NCBI GenBank assembly: GCA_947628815.1
Contig: CANRBJ010000002.1
Coordinates: 3,584 to 67,583 of the forward strand
Reading direction: 5' to 3'
DNA: 64,000 nt
From: an uncultured Clostridia bacterium
GTDB taxonomy: Bacteria > Bacillota > Clostridia > TANB77 > CAG-508
Part shown: positions 42,622 to 52,984 of the stretch, piece by piece
Layout of the letters: each line of letters begins with the position of its first letter
Numbering within the stretch: the stretch's first letter is position 1
The notes under the pieces: generated by a model
What the model saw: only the letters and a program-made list of their open reading frames with translations
Told to the model about the DNA's origin: nothing
Databases searched by the model: none
Translations under genes and position numbers: made by a program

Positions 42622-43889
42622 ACGCTTGATCCTCCTATTCGAATGTTATCAAGATCATACAGAACCGTGTTGACGATGTAAGCAGCGTCGTCTTCAAGAT
42701 TTGCAAATATCATATCTAGATCCTCGAAAGGAATCTCCTCTTCAATAATTACATCGCCGTATGTTATGGTCATGTAAAGGTTTTCATCATCCTGATCCCA
42801 TTTGATTCCGTCGACCTCATTCACAAGCTTAGATTCAACTTCTCCGATAAGTGAATGAATATAACGATCTGTGTCCAGATCATCGGAAGCAGAAATTGTA
42901 TCGTGTACCATGTAGTCGTAATCTTTACCGCAGTTGCAAGTAGACTCTTTGATATTCGTCTTATGATCCATCTCATATAATTCTATCAGATGCTTCTCAA
43001 TTATTTCTATATCATCGCCATCAGAATAATCCCATTCAACCTTTACATCCCCATTATCATAGATATCCAAAATGGTACCTATTCTGTATGGATTAGCATA
43101 CTTTTCGCGTACTCTATCACCTACATTAAAATACTTTATATTCTTATTATTTGATTTGAAACTTTTCATGAGTGAATGAAAATAACGATCAGTGTCCAGA
43201 TCATCGGAAGCAGAAATTTCTTCGTTGGTTGCGGATTCTCCTACGATCATAAACGCTTCCCCGGTTCGGTCTCCATCATCATCAACTACGTAATATATGT
43301 CATCTTCGTTTTCAAATTGTACGCCTCGGTCTAATAAATAATCCCCAAATCCATAAACACCATCTGTAACAATATAATCCGTTTCAGCTAAAAAACCGTT
43401 ATCCGGTTCAGATTCGTTGTAATCATAGGTCCATTTATAAAGGATTTTTATATTCGTATCTGTACCTTTTGTTGACGATGTTATTTCGTGACCCTCTCCT
43501 GATTGTCGAGCCATCCTATCTAATTCTAATTCAATGGCCATCACCATGTCTTCTGCATCGGAATGGAGATCGCCATCTGGTATTATATCTGCTAGAGGTT
43601 GGAGATATGTATAAATATCCAAAGAATCTAATCCTTCATATATTGCTATTTTTAGACAGTTCCGATCCACTGTAGATGTAGCATCATAACCTTCGTCACT
43701 CAGTATATCTACCACTTCTGTTCCAAGCGATTCTGCATAGTCTTTTATATTAACAGAGTCTGTCATATCTGCATCAAGATTATCGATAGACGATGTTATT
43801 TCGTAAGTGTCCTCACTTAACTCATAAATCCTATCCTTAACTTCGTTAAGGAATTGATCAGGGGTTCCCTTTGAATAATTTTTAGTCAT
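42618..43889 (-). CDS. Hypothetical highly acidic protein with an internal duplication
   Basis: 423 codons. ISASDDLDTDRY(F/I)HSL occurs twice, encoded by a 48-nt repeat (42850-42897 and 43171-43218; 46/48 identical). Confidence 0.55.
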   Translation of the reverse strand: MTKNYSKGTPDQFLNEVKDRIYELSEDTYEITSSIDNLDADMTDSVNIKDYAESLGTEVVDILSDEGYDATSTVDRNCLKIAIYEGLDSLDIYTYLQPLADIIPDGDLHSDAEDMVMAIELELDRMARQSGEGHEITSSTKGTDTNIKILYKWTYDYNESEPDNGFLAETDYIVTDGVYGFGDYLLDRGVQFENEDDIYYVVDDDGDRTGEAFMIVGESATNEEISASDDLDTDRYFHSLMKSFKSNNKNIKYFNVGDRVREKYANPYRIGTILDIYDNGDVKVEWDYSDGDDIEIIEKHLIELYEMDHKTNIKESTCNCGKDYDYMVHDTISASDDLDTDRYIHSLIGEVESKLVNEVDGIKWDQDDENLYMTITYGDVIIEEEIPFEDLDMIFANLEDDAAYIVNTVLYDLDNIRIGGSSV

Positions 43890-43906
43890 TAATGTGTTCC
43901 TCCTTA

Positions 43907-44128
43907 TTAAGCAAGCTTATCTGCTATATCAGAAATTGCATCTTGTAAACTAGTTTGAATACTTTCTGCAATTATCAGCCCATCATCACGTTCTTGTATT
44001 CCAGTTCTGTCAAGCTTTTCTAGACCAGATAAAAAATAGTCGAAATCTTCTTTCAAATCATCAATAGCGTCTAACAACTTACTGTTATCTGAATCTTTAG
44101 CAGCTGTGACAGATATTAGCTTCTTCAT
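43907..44128 (-). CDS. Hypothetical small acidic protein
   Basis: 73-codon ORF with a GGAGGTGAATCC RBS context. Confidence 0.5.
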   Translation of the reverse strand: MKKLISVTAAKDSDNSKLLDAIDDLKEDFDYFLSGLEKLDRTGIQERDDGLIIAESIQTSLQDAISDIADKLA

Positions 44129-44143
44129 ATGGATTCACCTCCA

Positions 44144-44947
44144 CTAGTTAATATCAATAATCTGAATCGGCAGTACAGGCTTGATACTTGTTTTACGGAC
44201 ACGCTGTGTTCTGAAATCACCGTTATTGAAATCTTCAATAGCAGCTACTTTCGATGATTCCGTATCAGAACCAGACCAACATCCTACCATATCTACATGG
44301 TACTGAGACGGAGATTCTTTGTTGATTCTGATGAATACATCATATTTGAACGGACAAGACTCTCCCCAGTTTTTAACTTTGATTGCCTTATTCTTTCCGA
44401 TGATCTCCTCAATTTCAGCCTCAGCTATCTCTTGTTCAAAATCAGGACGTTGTGGTTTAGTATCATTGAAATCATAGTAATCTTCGTACTTTGGAAGCTC
44501 TACATTGATTAACTTATACCAATCAACGTCATTTAGAAATTCAAGAGCTGCAACGGTTTGCCGAAGTGATTTCATTTGATCTGGAGTAGTAGCCTTTAAT
44601 CCTGACCAGCTGGAAGACTCTTTAATCACCTGACCGTCTTCGATGCAAGCTTTATAGTCCCAAGAGAGGGCAGATGTATCTTCGAACTTAGTATCTTCAT
44701 TACAGCGGATGTTAACAACCATTCCGTTGCCACTATAACTCCTATCTACGTCAACATCAAACTGAAGGGCAGAATATGCGATAAGACGAGATTCAAGAAA
44801 CTCCTTAACAGGTCCAGTAACTTTCTCTTCAGCCTCCCTCATCGCCTGGTTCGACCTCTGTTGTCTATCATTATAATCGGCAAGCTGCTGTTCATATTCA
44901 GCCTTACGCTTCAAAATATCTTCCTTTTTATTTGCTATAATTCTCAT
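44144..44947 (-). CDS. Hypothetical protein
   Basis: 267-codon ORF with an N-terminal coiled-coil-like segment. Confidence 0.55.
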   Translation of the reverse strand: MRIIANKKEDILKRKAEYEQQLADYNDRQQRSNQAMREAEEKVTGPVKEFLESRLIAYSALQFDVDVDRSYSGNGMVVNIRCNEDTKFEDTSALSWDYKACIEDGQVIKESSSWSGLKATTPDQMKSLRQTVAALEFLNDVDWYKLINVELPKYEDYYDFNDTKPQRPDFEQEIAEAEIEEIIGKNKAIKVKNWGESCPFKYDVFIRINKESPSQYHVDMVGCWSGSDTESSKVAAIEDFNNGDFRTQRVRKTSIKPVLPIQIIDIN

Positions 44948-45069
44948 GCATTATCAATCTCCTATGAAATTTTTAGTAGTCTTTGTCTATCCAAGATTCT
45001 GAGGACGAAGTGTCTACTTCCTACCATCAGTCTTGTTACAGATTTGCGTGGTTACTTTCAGAATCGAAA

Positions 45070-45393
45070 TCACCAATCTTCATCTATCCAAGGTTCTATG
45101 GCCTCTTCTGCTAAACATTCTGGATAATTATCTTCAACTATAGCATCATATAAGTCTTCATCTGCATCGCTGAGTCTTCGCTTTGTAGCTCCCCATAAAC
45201 GGTATTGATCCCAGGCTCCAGCGGGATTTTCTTCACGAGCTAATTCAGCCCAAGCTTTAGCGGCTGCTGGATAATCACTTTCGTCGATACCGTACTCTGG
45301 TCCATAAAGGGCTTCGATCCTGCGCAAAAGTTTCTTATATTGAGGGGTTTTCTCTATTGAAATATCTTGAGCTGCGTAGATTAATTTTTTCAT
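45070..45393 (-). CDS. Hypothetical protein
   Basis: ORF track gives 45070..45408. ATG at 45393 (MKKLIY) has an AAAGGTG RBS. Confidence 0.55.
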   Translation of the reverse strand: MKKLIYAAQDISIEKTPQYKKLLRRIEALYGPEYGIDESDYPAAAKAWAELAREENPAGAWDQYRLWGATKRRLSDADEDLYDAIVEDNYPECLAEEAIEPWIDEDW

Positions 45394-45407
45394 GCTATCA
45401 CCTTTCA

Positions 45408-47249
45408 TTAACTTAATTTAGGTTGCTTGTAACTATCCCCTAAAAGCATATCAAATAGATCCGGATTACTTCTCATATCTAAAGGCCTATTGTCTACGAT
45501 ATAGTTGGATATTTGCTCTTTAGTATAGAGAATATTATGTACTCTATCATCTACCGTATTTCTGCTTAAGATAGCATATATATTAACGGAAGAGGTGGTA
45601 CCAATTCTATATATTCTATCCTCACCTTGTACCCTATCATTTGGGTTCCAAGGTTCATCATAAAATATTAAATTAGTAGCAGCTGTTAAAGTATGGGTGG
45701 TACCTAACGCTGCTATGGTACCTAATATCACTGTGTAAGCTGGATTTTCTTGAAATACTTTCTTATGCTTCTGCCTTACTTCTTCTTTCATAGTACCAGT
45801 AAAGCAACATGTATTATATTTTTGAGATACAAACTTATATAAGGTTCTAAGAGGTTCTACCCAGTTTGAAAGTACTACTGCCTTCTCTCCTCTTTCGTGT
45901 ATCTCCTCTAATAAAGATAATAAGTCAACCAGCTTAGCATTATATTTGAGATAATTCTTATCTACCTTAAGATTGGGGTCAACTAATTCTGGAGACCCGT
46001 TTACTTGACGAAGTCGTAAGAATGCGGCCATCGGATTATTACTGGATAAAATAGAATTTCTTGCCGATTTCATATCATCTTCTAATTTCTTGTATAGAGC
46101 TTCTTGATAAGGAGTATTATCTACATATCGTGTATATTGTATCTTAGGTGGCAGGTCTAGTACATCAGACTTCAACCTCCTAAGCATATTACCCTGAAGC
46201 ATATCTTTGAGATGCGGTATGTTCTTGTATCCTATTATTTCATGGTCACCGTATCCTCCATATATACAAAATTGCTGACACCACTTGTAATAATTGGTGA
46301 AACTATGACCATCTATTAATTTAAGGGGTAAATACACGTCCGTAGGTCTTTTTGTAATTGGAGTACCAGTCATAGGCAACCATTCTACTCTAGAACCTGT
46401 CTTTTTCTTTATATCAATGAGCTGTTTACCTTGTATAGACGAAGGCGAGGTGTTCTTGTGTACCTCATCTATAGCTATCATTTGTAATTTTCCAGAATTC
46501 ACCCAATTTATAATTTCTTCTGACAAATAATATTGACGCCCTGATTTCGACCGTAATGCCTCGATATTAACAATTAAAAAGTATGGCAAATCTTCTCCAC
46601 TTTTATCACCATACATCTTTCCAGTCTTCAGATCCTCTAACTTTTCTTTTCCACCTTTACAGACTATTGTCTCATTATCTCTTTTCAATCTGCTTCCTAA
46701 TATATAAGGCCTCTCTTTACCTCTAGTATGAGATAATATATCTTCAACCCAATTATACTTAGAATTATTTATACATACGATTACAAGACAGTGTTGATAA
46801 TTATATCGATTTCGACAGTATAAAGCATAATTCATTACTTCGCACGTCTTAGCTAATCCTTGATCATCTGCCACTATGAATCCGCTGACATGACCTTGAT
46901 TGCGTCTATTTATGGCATAACGCATGAAATCTAATTGATGATTAAATGGCTTTGCACCCTCTTTCACGTAGAAAGGTACTCCGCTGATATCTATATTAGG
47001 AATATCTTTAGTAGAATCTATAGAAGAATTTATATTAATATTTTCATCAGTTTGAATAACAACTTGATTTTCATAAGGAGTATTTTGAAATTCTTTTACC
47101 AACCAACCCAGCATATTATTGGGTATCGTCCATAATTTCTTAGCAGGTATCCACTTACGCCCCGGAACATTCTTAATGATAGAAATAACATTCGGATCAT
47201 ATTTAGAATAAATATTATACACATCACCATCTTTTATTACATTTATCAT
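45408..47249 (-). CDS. SNF2-family (SF2) DNA helicase / translocase
   Basis: ADDQGLAKT, DEVH box (IAIDEVHKN), LPMTGTPI, and C-terminal helicase motifs (LIFYDEPWNPNDRVQGEDRIYRIGT). Confidence 0.85.
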   Translation of the reverse strand: MINVIKDGDVYNIYSKYDPNVISIIKNVPGRKWIPAKKLWTIPNNMLGWLVKEFQNTPYENQVVIQTDENININSSIDSTKDIPNIDISGVPFYVKEGAKPFNHQLDFMRYAINRRNQGHVSGFIVADDQGLAKTCEVMNYALYCRNRYNYQHCLVIVCINNSKYNWVEDILSHTRGKERPYILGSRLKRDNETIVCKGGKEKLEDLKTGKMYGDKSGEDLPYFLIVNIEALRSKSGRQYYLSEEIINWVNSGKLQMIAIDEVHKNTSPSSIQGKQLIDIKKKTGSRVEWLPMTGTPITKRPTDVYLPLKLIDGHSFTNYYKWCQQFCIYGGYGDHEIIGYKNIPHLKDMLQGNMLRRLKSDVLDLPPKIQYTRYVDNTPYQEALYKKLEDDMKSARNSILSSNNPMAAFLRLRQVNGSPELVDPNLKVDKNYLKYNAKLVDLLSLLEEIHERGEKAVVLSNWVEPLRTLYKFVSQKYNTCCFTGTMKEEVRQKHKKVFQENPAYTVILGTIAALGTTHTLTAATNLIFYDEPWNPNDRVQGEDRIYRIGTTSSVNIYAILSRNTVDDRVHNILYTKEQISNYIVDNRPLDMRSNPDLFDMLLGDSYKQPKLS

Positions 47250-47608
47250 AATTTAACCCTTTCAAAGGTGTAACCACTTCTTGGTCTACCGGTTTTTATA
47301 CTATCGCTCACCTGAGCTGGGTCTATCCCCAACTCTCTAGCAGCTTCAGCCTGACTATTGTATATATTACCAGTATCTACACACCTTATCTGCTTACTGT
47401 GTATTATTTTTATCTTAGCATCATTGATAGATGAATTTGAATAATCCTCGAATTCATCTAATATAGATTTCTTAGATTTCTTCTTTCCATCAATAAGAAA
47501 ATAGTGTCCTGATTTAGACATTGAGTCTAAACTATTGAATGGAATACATTCTGGATACTCAGTGGCCATAACTGGATCACCTTTTCGATTGTATACTTCA
47601 AATTTCAT
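47246..47608 (-). CDS. Small DNA-binding protein candidate (C-terminal HTH-like module)
   Basis: IRCVDTGNIYNSQAEAARELGIDPAQVSDSIKTGRPRSGYTF resembles nuclease-associated HTH modules. Overlaps the SNF2 gene by 4 nt. Confidence 0.4.
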   Translation of the reverse strand: MKFEVYNRKGDPVMATEYPECIPFNSLDSMSKSGHYFLIDGKKKSKKSILDEFEDYSNSSINDAKIKIIHSKQIRCVDTGNIYNSQAEAARELGIDPAQVSDSIKTGRPRSGYTFERVKL

Positions 47609-47638
47609 AGATGCCTCCAGCTATTAATATAACTTTAT

Positions 47639-47653
47639 ATAATATAACGAATC
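47639..47653 (-). promoter_or_regulatory. Phage promoter-motif copy (ATTCGTTA-TATTAT)
   Basis: 31 nt upstream of the 47608 start. Confidence 0.5.
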
Positions 47654-47687
47654 AATAAAAGGGTACCATTTATAAAACGATACCCTT
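47654..47687 (-). terminator. Hairpin plus T-rich tract immediately upstream of a promoter motif
   Basis: 7-bp stem AAGGGTA (47659-47665) with TACCCTT (47681-47687). On the minus strand it is followed by TTATTG. Confidence 0.5.
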
Positions 47688-47693
47688 AATGAT

Positions 47694-48353
47694 TTAATTA
47701 TCTGCGACACTTAGAAGCACGGATATTTGATCTCCAAGGGATTGAATATCGTATATATCGTCTTCTGTAAAATCAATATCTTTCTTCATGGATACATATC
47801 CAATAGATTTACCCTTTTCCGTCTTAAGCATAACACACAGAGATTTTTTTGAACCTTCTTCCCTCATCATATCACACATCGCCCCGCCAACGGGAGTAGA
47901 TTTATCATCTATATCAAATACTAGATAATCTTTATCTTTAAATGCGTTGAAGAATTGAGTAAATAAGGAAGTAGATATATGATCCAGCTTCTGCCCTACC
48001 GCAGAAAGCCCTAGTTGATAAACCTCATATGTACACGTCATATATTTAAACGGTAAATATGCAACAGATATGTTGGAATTAGAAAATTCCATTACTTGTA
48101 TTCTAGTACCACCGTGGTTTGCTAAGAAATCATCTAAAAGCCTTTGTATCTTATTACCGATATCAGTCCTCATATCTAATAATTTATCATGAGCTTCTCT
48201 ACCGTGTTTGGTATTGCTATTCCCTAATCTACCGGATAGATATTTGAAGAATATATTAAGTAATCTTATAACTACATATATAAATACAGAAGTTATAATA
48301 AGAGTTATCCCATATTCAGAAATCCATTTGATAATAGTTTGTAAATCTGACAT
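47694..48353 (-). CDS. Membrane-anchored hypothetical protein
   Basis: N-terminal TM segment (GITLIITSVFIYVVIRLL) followed by a ~180-aa soluble domain. Confidence 0.55.
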   Translation of the reverse strand: MSDLQTIIKWISEYGITLIITSVFIYVVIRLLNIFFKYLSGRLGNSNTKHGREAHDKLLDMRTDIGNKIQRLLDDFLANHGGTRIQVMEFSNSNISVAYLPFKYMTCTYEVYQLGLSAVGQKLDHISTSLFTQFFNAFKDKDYLVFDIDDKSTPVGGAMCDMMREEGSKKSLCVMLKTEKGKSIGYVSMKKDIDFTEDDIYDIQSLGDQISVLLSVADN

Positions 48354-48492
48354 CTATTGTCACCTCCCTTACATATATATTTAAGGTAAGCGTCAGATAA
48401 TTCTATTATTCATGTTCTACATAACAATATGTTACTTAAAATATAAACTTCTTATCAAAAGTATGATAAGATTAATAAATCAGAAACTTATA

Positions 48493-49281
48493 TTATCCAA
48501 AGATAGTACCTGCTGCTATAGCTGCCATTTGTGCATTAGCATATACTTCTATACTGCTTATAAGAATTGTGGCAGGAGAAGTAGTAGGCTTATGATATAT
48601 ATTTATGTGATCTATTTTTCGATCATACATAATAGCATATATGGTTATATTACTTAATCCATTTAAGGTCCAATAGTCCCCATCAGAAGCCGACCCACTA
48701 TAACTTGAATTAGCATAATCACTACTATCTGAATTCGTATAAAAGTAAGTTCTTGTTCCTTCATAAAGAGTTGCAAGCCTAATCTCTGTAGAGATCTTTG
48801 ATTGATTTGAAATAGTTATTCTAACTGCCAGAGGATTTCCATTAATACAAGTCGTCATATCACCAGTTATTCCAACTTGCCCATTACTGTTATTAAGAAG
48901 GAGTAGGCCATTTTTAGATGCTGATAATGACATAGGTGGTACAGTATCGGATGATTTCACCCATCCCTCAGTAGTAGTAGGCTTGCTGTTCTTAACCAAT
49001 TGAATTGGTATAGCATTATTATCAACTATAGTATTAAACATTCCAGAGTAATAATATAAGTTTCTAGTGGCTTGAACATAGTAGAACTTTCCTTCTATTG
49101 GTGACATCCTCTGCAAATCTTGCTCAATTGCTACTACTTCTATATCAGACATTTTTATCTTGTCTGTGGAAGTACCTAAGAATAATTCTTTTGAATCAGT
49201 AGAAAAGTACAATTTGCCATCTACATTAGCAGAACTTTTTATTGCAGATTTATTACCTTTAGCAAATTTTACATCAGACAT
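48493..49281 (-). CDS. Tail fibre-family protein
   Basis: N-terminus VKFAKGNKSAIKSSANVDGKLYFSTDSKELFLGTS is a divergent copy of the shared fibre N-module. Confidence 0.5.
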   Translation of the reverse strand: MSDVKFAKGNKSAIKSSANVDGKLYFSTDSKELFLGTSTDKIKMSDIEVVAIEQDLQRMSPIEGKFYYVQATRNLYYYSGMFNTIVDNNAIPIQLVKNSKPTTTEGWVKSSDTVPPMSLSASKNGLLLLNNSNGQVGITGDMTTCINGNPLAVRITISNQSKISTEIRLATLYEGTRTYFYTNSDSSDYANSSYSGSASDGDYWTLNGLSNITIYAIMYDRKIDHINIYHKPTTSPATILISSIEVYANAQMAAIAAGTIFG

Positions 49282-49309
49282 ATGATTTTCCTCCAGTTAT
49301 CAATATAAA

Positions 49310-50587
49310 TTATATATCTTCCCATACAATTGCGGTTGACATTTTATTTTCAACATATGATTTAACTTGAGCTTCGGTTACAAGATTTGTACTATTGCCA
49401 GATGGGCCAGATGTGGAAACTGCATATTTTGCAGCTGTTCCCGCATCGGAAATCTTAGACATGGTTAAGGGGGGAATTCTATCGGCATTAAAAGTTCCTG
49501 TAGAAATTTTACTCGCATCTAAGGCCGGGACATTACCAGCTGCTATAGTAGCAGCAGCTTTTATAGCACCAGATTCTCCAGTAACTAATACTTGTCCAGC
49601 ACTACTTCCACATTTACCGTCGTTTGTTATTGTTCCATGTGAATGAGAAGCTGGAGCATAGTTTAAAGCCGCTACTTTACTATCTGCGTAACTTTTAGCA
49701 GATTGTAAATCAGCAGCAGCTTGTGTCTTTGATTGATATACATTAGTAGCTTCAGTTTTGGTAAGAAAACTTCCTTCATCACCTAATTCAACCCAATTAG
49801 CTGCTATATTTTCTGCAACCTTTAAAACATATTCTTTATTTCCATAGAGTACCACATCACCTATAACCCAAGACGTATGTCTGGCAACAGTAGCGCCTGT
49901 ACTGCCTTTTGGATCAGTCGTTGATACACCGGCAAAATGCATAGCACCGGTGAGTCCGCTAATTTGACTTTTTAGAGTATCAATAGCTGCTTTATTTGTA
50001 CTGGCCTGTGAGCTCGCTGCGCTTGCAGTACCACTAACTGTATCTAATTCAGATTTAGTAGCAAATGTAGTTCCACTTTTTACTGTTAACGCGTGACCTG
50101 CCGCTGTAATTTCAGTAACAGCATTACCATTTCCACTCTTTACAATAGAGACACTAGTTTCTGCTGGAGCAGCTGGTAAACTCATTTCGGTATTAGAAGC
50201 AGCTGTTACAAATCCTTGATTATCTATAGTTAATTTTGGAATGTAAAATTTGCTGCTAAAAGTAAGTGAAGTTGTTGTATTATTACCAAACACTCCACCT
50301 TGTATCGTAGCAGGTAAAATTGCAATTTTATCCCAGGAATCTCCATCTTTTGAAAAATAAAGTTCTCTTCTAGAACCAGACTCTACTACGAAAAGTGAAT
50401 TTGGGGGAAAGAGACTCTCTGGAGTTGAGACACCGTGCTGAATAGGGCGAGTATACTCTTTGTCACCAACAAATAGCCTCTGAGAATCTGAGCAGAAATA
50501 AATAGTATTTGGATCTTTTGATACAACATTACCATAACTGGTCTGAGTACCGTGTTTAAATTTTATTAAAGTACCTGTATTTGGCAT
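49310..50587 (-). CDS. Tail fibre protein
   Basis: N-terminus IKFKHGTQTSYGNVVSKDPNTIYFCSDSQRLFVGDKEY (shared module). The shaft is Ala/Ser/Thr/Gly-rich. Confidence 0.6.
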   Translation of the reverse strand: MPNTGTLIKFKHGTQTSYGNVVSKDPNTIYFCSDSQRLFVGDKEYTRPIQHGVSTPESLFPPNSLFVVESGSRRELYFSKDGDSWDKIAILPATIQGGVFGNNTTTSLTFSSKFYIPKLTIDNQGFVTAASNTEMSLPAAPAETSVSIVKSGNGNAVTEITAAGHALTVKSGTTFATKSELDTVSGTASAASSQASTNKAAIDTLKSQISGLTGAMHFAGVSTTDPKGSTGATVARHTSWVIGDVVLYGNKEYVLKVAENIAANWVELGDEGSFLTKTEATNVYQSKTQAAADLQSAKSYADSKVAALNYAPASHSHGTITNDGKCGSSAGQVLVTGESGAIKAAATIAAGNVPALDASKISTGTFNADRIPPLTMSKISDAGTAAKYAVSTSGPSGNSTNLVTEAQVKSYVENKMSTAIVWEDI

Positions 50588-50613
50588 TATATCACTCCTA
50601 TATAGTTATTATT

Positions 50614-51684
50614 TTATAAAATTTCCCATGAAATCAAATCTTCAATAGTTTTACCAGATCTCTCTATTCCATCTGATGTTGAAACTATAATTTCTCCTTC
50701 ACTTCCATTTGCTAATTTATCTAATTTTTTATCTAATGCACTTTTTAATTCTCCTTCTTCTGAAAGTGCTTGAATAATTGCTCGAGTAACCGCTTCATCA
50801 ACTACATCACTTGAAGATTTAGCAATCAGCGTACCATCTTTGTTAATCACCATGATAGCACCATCGGTTTGACCGCTATTTGTAACCACAAGAGATGCTG
50901 ATACTTCATTGCCGTTGATAGTAACTTCTATATTTCTACCCTCATTACTAGCTGTATACTTATCCATCAAGAATCCTACAGGTAGAACAAGTGGATTGCT
51001 TTCATCACTATACTTAAATACAATTACATTCTCTTGCGACGGTTCTCCAGATTCTGGATACTTACTATAATAACTAACACTGCTAATATATTTGTTGTCT
51101 AATAATTTATCAAAATTTACTTCAACAGAATCTTTTCCATATACTTTTAATGTAAGTTTGTTAGATGCATACTCCGGAGAATGGACAACCCCCGCTAAAT
51201 TTGCGGGAGAATTATTCTTTCCTATACTTAACGTCCCTGTCTCATGATCAAAACTTGGTGAAATGTCTAGATTATCAATTGCATCTTCAATCTTTTGATC
51301 TATAACCTGTGCAGTCAATATCTCTGAGAGATCTATTTTTACTACATCATTATTATTCATGGTCAATTCGAGGGTGTGGCCGTCTTCATCTAACTTTGCA
51401 TTGCTCAGAAATTTTTCCTTATCAAGATCGACTATTATCTCATCACCATCTTCATAAGAATCTCCTGTGCTTGATTTCTTTTTAGTTTGAAAATGTAAAC
51501 CGATTTTATCTTTATTTTGAATATTGGCTTCTCCTACCGATACATTAGTAATGATAGAATCTCCAATAGATTTTAAGTTATTCTCAATGATATCTTGAAT
51601 TCCGTCTTCTATTCTTTGTAGCTCTTTTGTAAGATTAGGATTCAATGTAGTAAGAGCCCAATCGTCTTTCTTAACAAAGGCCAT
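50614..51684 (-). CDS. Tail fibre-associated structural protein
   Basis: 356-codon ORF in the fibre locus with a repetitive beta-rich composition. Confidence 0.4.
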   Translation of the reverse strand: MAFVKKDDWALTTLNPNLTKELQRIEDGIQDIIENNLKSIGDSIITNVSVGEANIQNKDKIGLHFQTKKKSSTGDSYEDGDEIIVDLDKEKFLSNAKLDEDGHTLELTMNNNDVVKIDLSEILTAQVIDQKIEDAIDNLDISPSFDHETGTLSIGKNNSPANLAGVVHSPEYASNKLTLKVYGKDSVEVNFDKLLDNKYISSVSYYSKYPESGEPSQENVIVFKYSDESNPLVLPVGFLMDKYTASNEGRNIEVTINGNEVSASLVVTNSGQTDGAIMVINKDGTLIAKSSSDVVDEAVTRAIIQALSEEGELKSALDKKLDKLANGSEGEIIVSTSDGIERSGKTIEDLISWEIL

Positions 51685-51710
51685 TTACCACAACTCCTTT
51701 TAATTATTAT

Positions 51711-51740
51711 AGGCCTATATTTAAAATTAAATATAGGCCC
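51711..51740. terminator. Perfect 13-bp palindromic hairpin (orientation ambiguous)
   Basis: GGCCTATATTTAA (51712-51724) pairs with TTAAATATAGGCC (51727-51739). The T5 run lies on the plus-strand side only. Confidence 0.35.
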
Positions 51741-51874
51741 ATTTTTGATCTTATATTATGATGATATTTAAGCCCAATCGTCTTCAACTTTAAGTACTTT
51801 TTTCATTACTATCATCTCCTTCAAATGGAAGTTATGTATATGAAAATCGTACATTCAAATCAAATAGCTATTAA

Positions 51875-52984
51875 CTAAATTGCTGTCAAATTACTTGCCT
51901 TGACTGCTGCTGTAACAGTTTTACCTACACCGATTACAACACGATCACCGCTAACTTCTATAACATCATATTTGTCATAGTAAGTTGTAAATGCCTTACC
52001 GTCATATGTTACAGCTTTCTTGACTTTAACTTTTCCACCAACAACGATTTTCTTTGCAGTTGACTTTGTCGGTGTCTTCGATTCAGTAGTTGCTGTAACA
52101 TATTTGCTATCAATCCAACCGGTTACTTGACCAGCTTTGCCTACGTTTGCAGTTGAATTTGTTATACGGTAACGACTTCCTACCTTTTCCGTACTCCAAA
52201 GATAATAAGTACCTGTCAGCGTATTAGCCTTTGTCTTTGCGGTTGAGCTTGTATATAACGGCACACCTTTAAGCGATAATTTCATACCGGATTTGATGGT
52301 AGAATTTGAAGGCTTACTTGAAGTTGATGGTTTGCTTGAAGTTGATGGCTTGCTTGGAGTTGATGGCTTTTTAGTCTTACTGTTTCCACTTGAATTCGAA
52401 TATACTGACTTATTTAAGATGACGTTAGTATCTACGTTTCCACTTATACCACTGATCTTTCCACTCGAGCTATTTTGCCAAATATCACAACCAAGCTGAT
52501 TTACAGAATAGTATTGTGCAAGCCAGATACTATATAACTTCTTTAAAGCATTATAATCAAGATAATTATTGAACCAATTAAGGTTAGCATATACTCCAGG
52601 ACGGTAACCACCTGCTTTAATAGTTTCGCAGAACGCTTTTGCCATAGAAGTTAAGATTGATTTACCGAAATGAGTCTGCGAACTATCCTCCATATCAAAA
52701 TAGATAGGAAGATCAAATGATTTGCCCTTTATACAAGCAAGACAAGCATTCGCTTCTTTCTTAGCATCTTCAACGCTATCTGCGTAACTGTACCAGTAAG
52801 CACCTATCTTCAATCCAGCTGCTTTAGCATTTTTATAATGGGTTTCAAACTGACTATCCTTTTGGCTGGTTTCTCTACCAAAACCTGCACGAATTATAAC
52901 TGCCTCAATTCCGGCAGATTTTACTTTAGCATAATTAACTCCAGGTTGCCAACAAGATACATCAATACAGGTTACTTTTGCCAT
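51875..52984 (-). CDS. Endolysin: GH25 muramidase with a Ser/Thr/Pro/Lys linker and C-terminal SH3b-like wall-binding repeats
   Basis: CIDVSCWQPGVNYAKVKSAGIEAVIIRAGFG...GAYWYSYA (GH25). Linker KKPSTPSKPSTSSKPSTSSKPS. Two SH3-like segments. Confidence 0.85.
   Translation of the reverse strand: MAKVTCIDVSCWQPGVNYAKVKSAGIEAVIIRAGFGRETSQKDSQFETHYKNAKAAGLKIGAYWYSYADSVEDAKKEANACLACIKGKSFDLPIYFDMEDSSQTHFGKSILTSMAKAFCETIKAGGYRPGVYANLNWFNNYLDYNALKKLYSIWLAQYYSVNQLGCDIWQNSSSGKISGISGNVDTNVILNKSVYSNSSGNSKTKKPSTPSKPSTSSKPSTSSKPSNSTIKSGMKLSLKGVPLYTSSTAKTKANTLTGTYYLWSTEKVGSRYRITNSTANVGKAGQVTGWIDSKYVTATTESKTPTKSTAKKIVVGGKVKVKKAVTYDGKAFTTYYDKYDVIEVSGDRVVIGVGKTVTAAVKASNLTAI

Noticed and set aside
14451-51684. 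Diversity-generating retroelement (template/variable repeat pair) linked to the RT-like remnant and the many fibre genes.
   Set aside because: There is no intact RT or Avd-like ORF. By eye I found no ~100-bp repeat between any fibre gene 3' end and a non-coding region. A computational repeat search would be needed to exclude it fully.
51654-51788. A 14-nt direct repeat AGCCCAATCGTCTT at 51654-51667 and 51775-51788. The second copy lies within an 11-codon ORF (MKKVLKVEDDWA).
   Set aside because: It is short and could be chance, or a trace of an old duplication of the 5' end of the 50614..51684 gene. No further structure or function could be supported.
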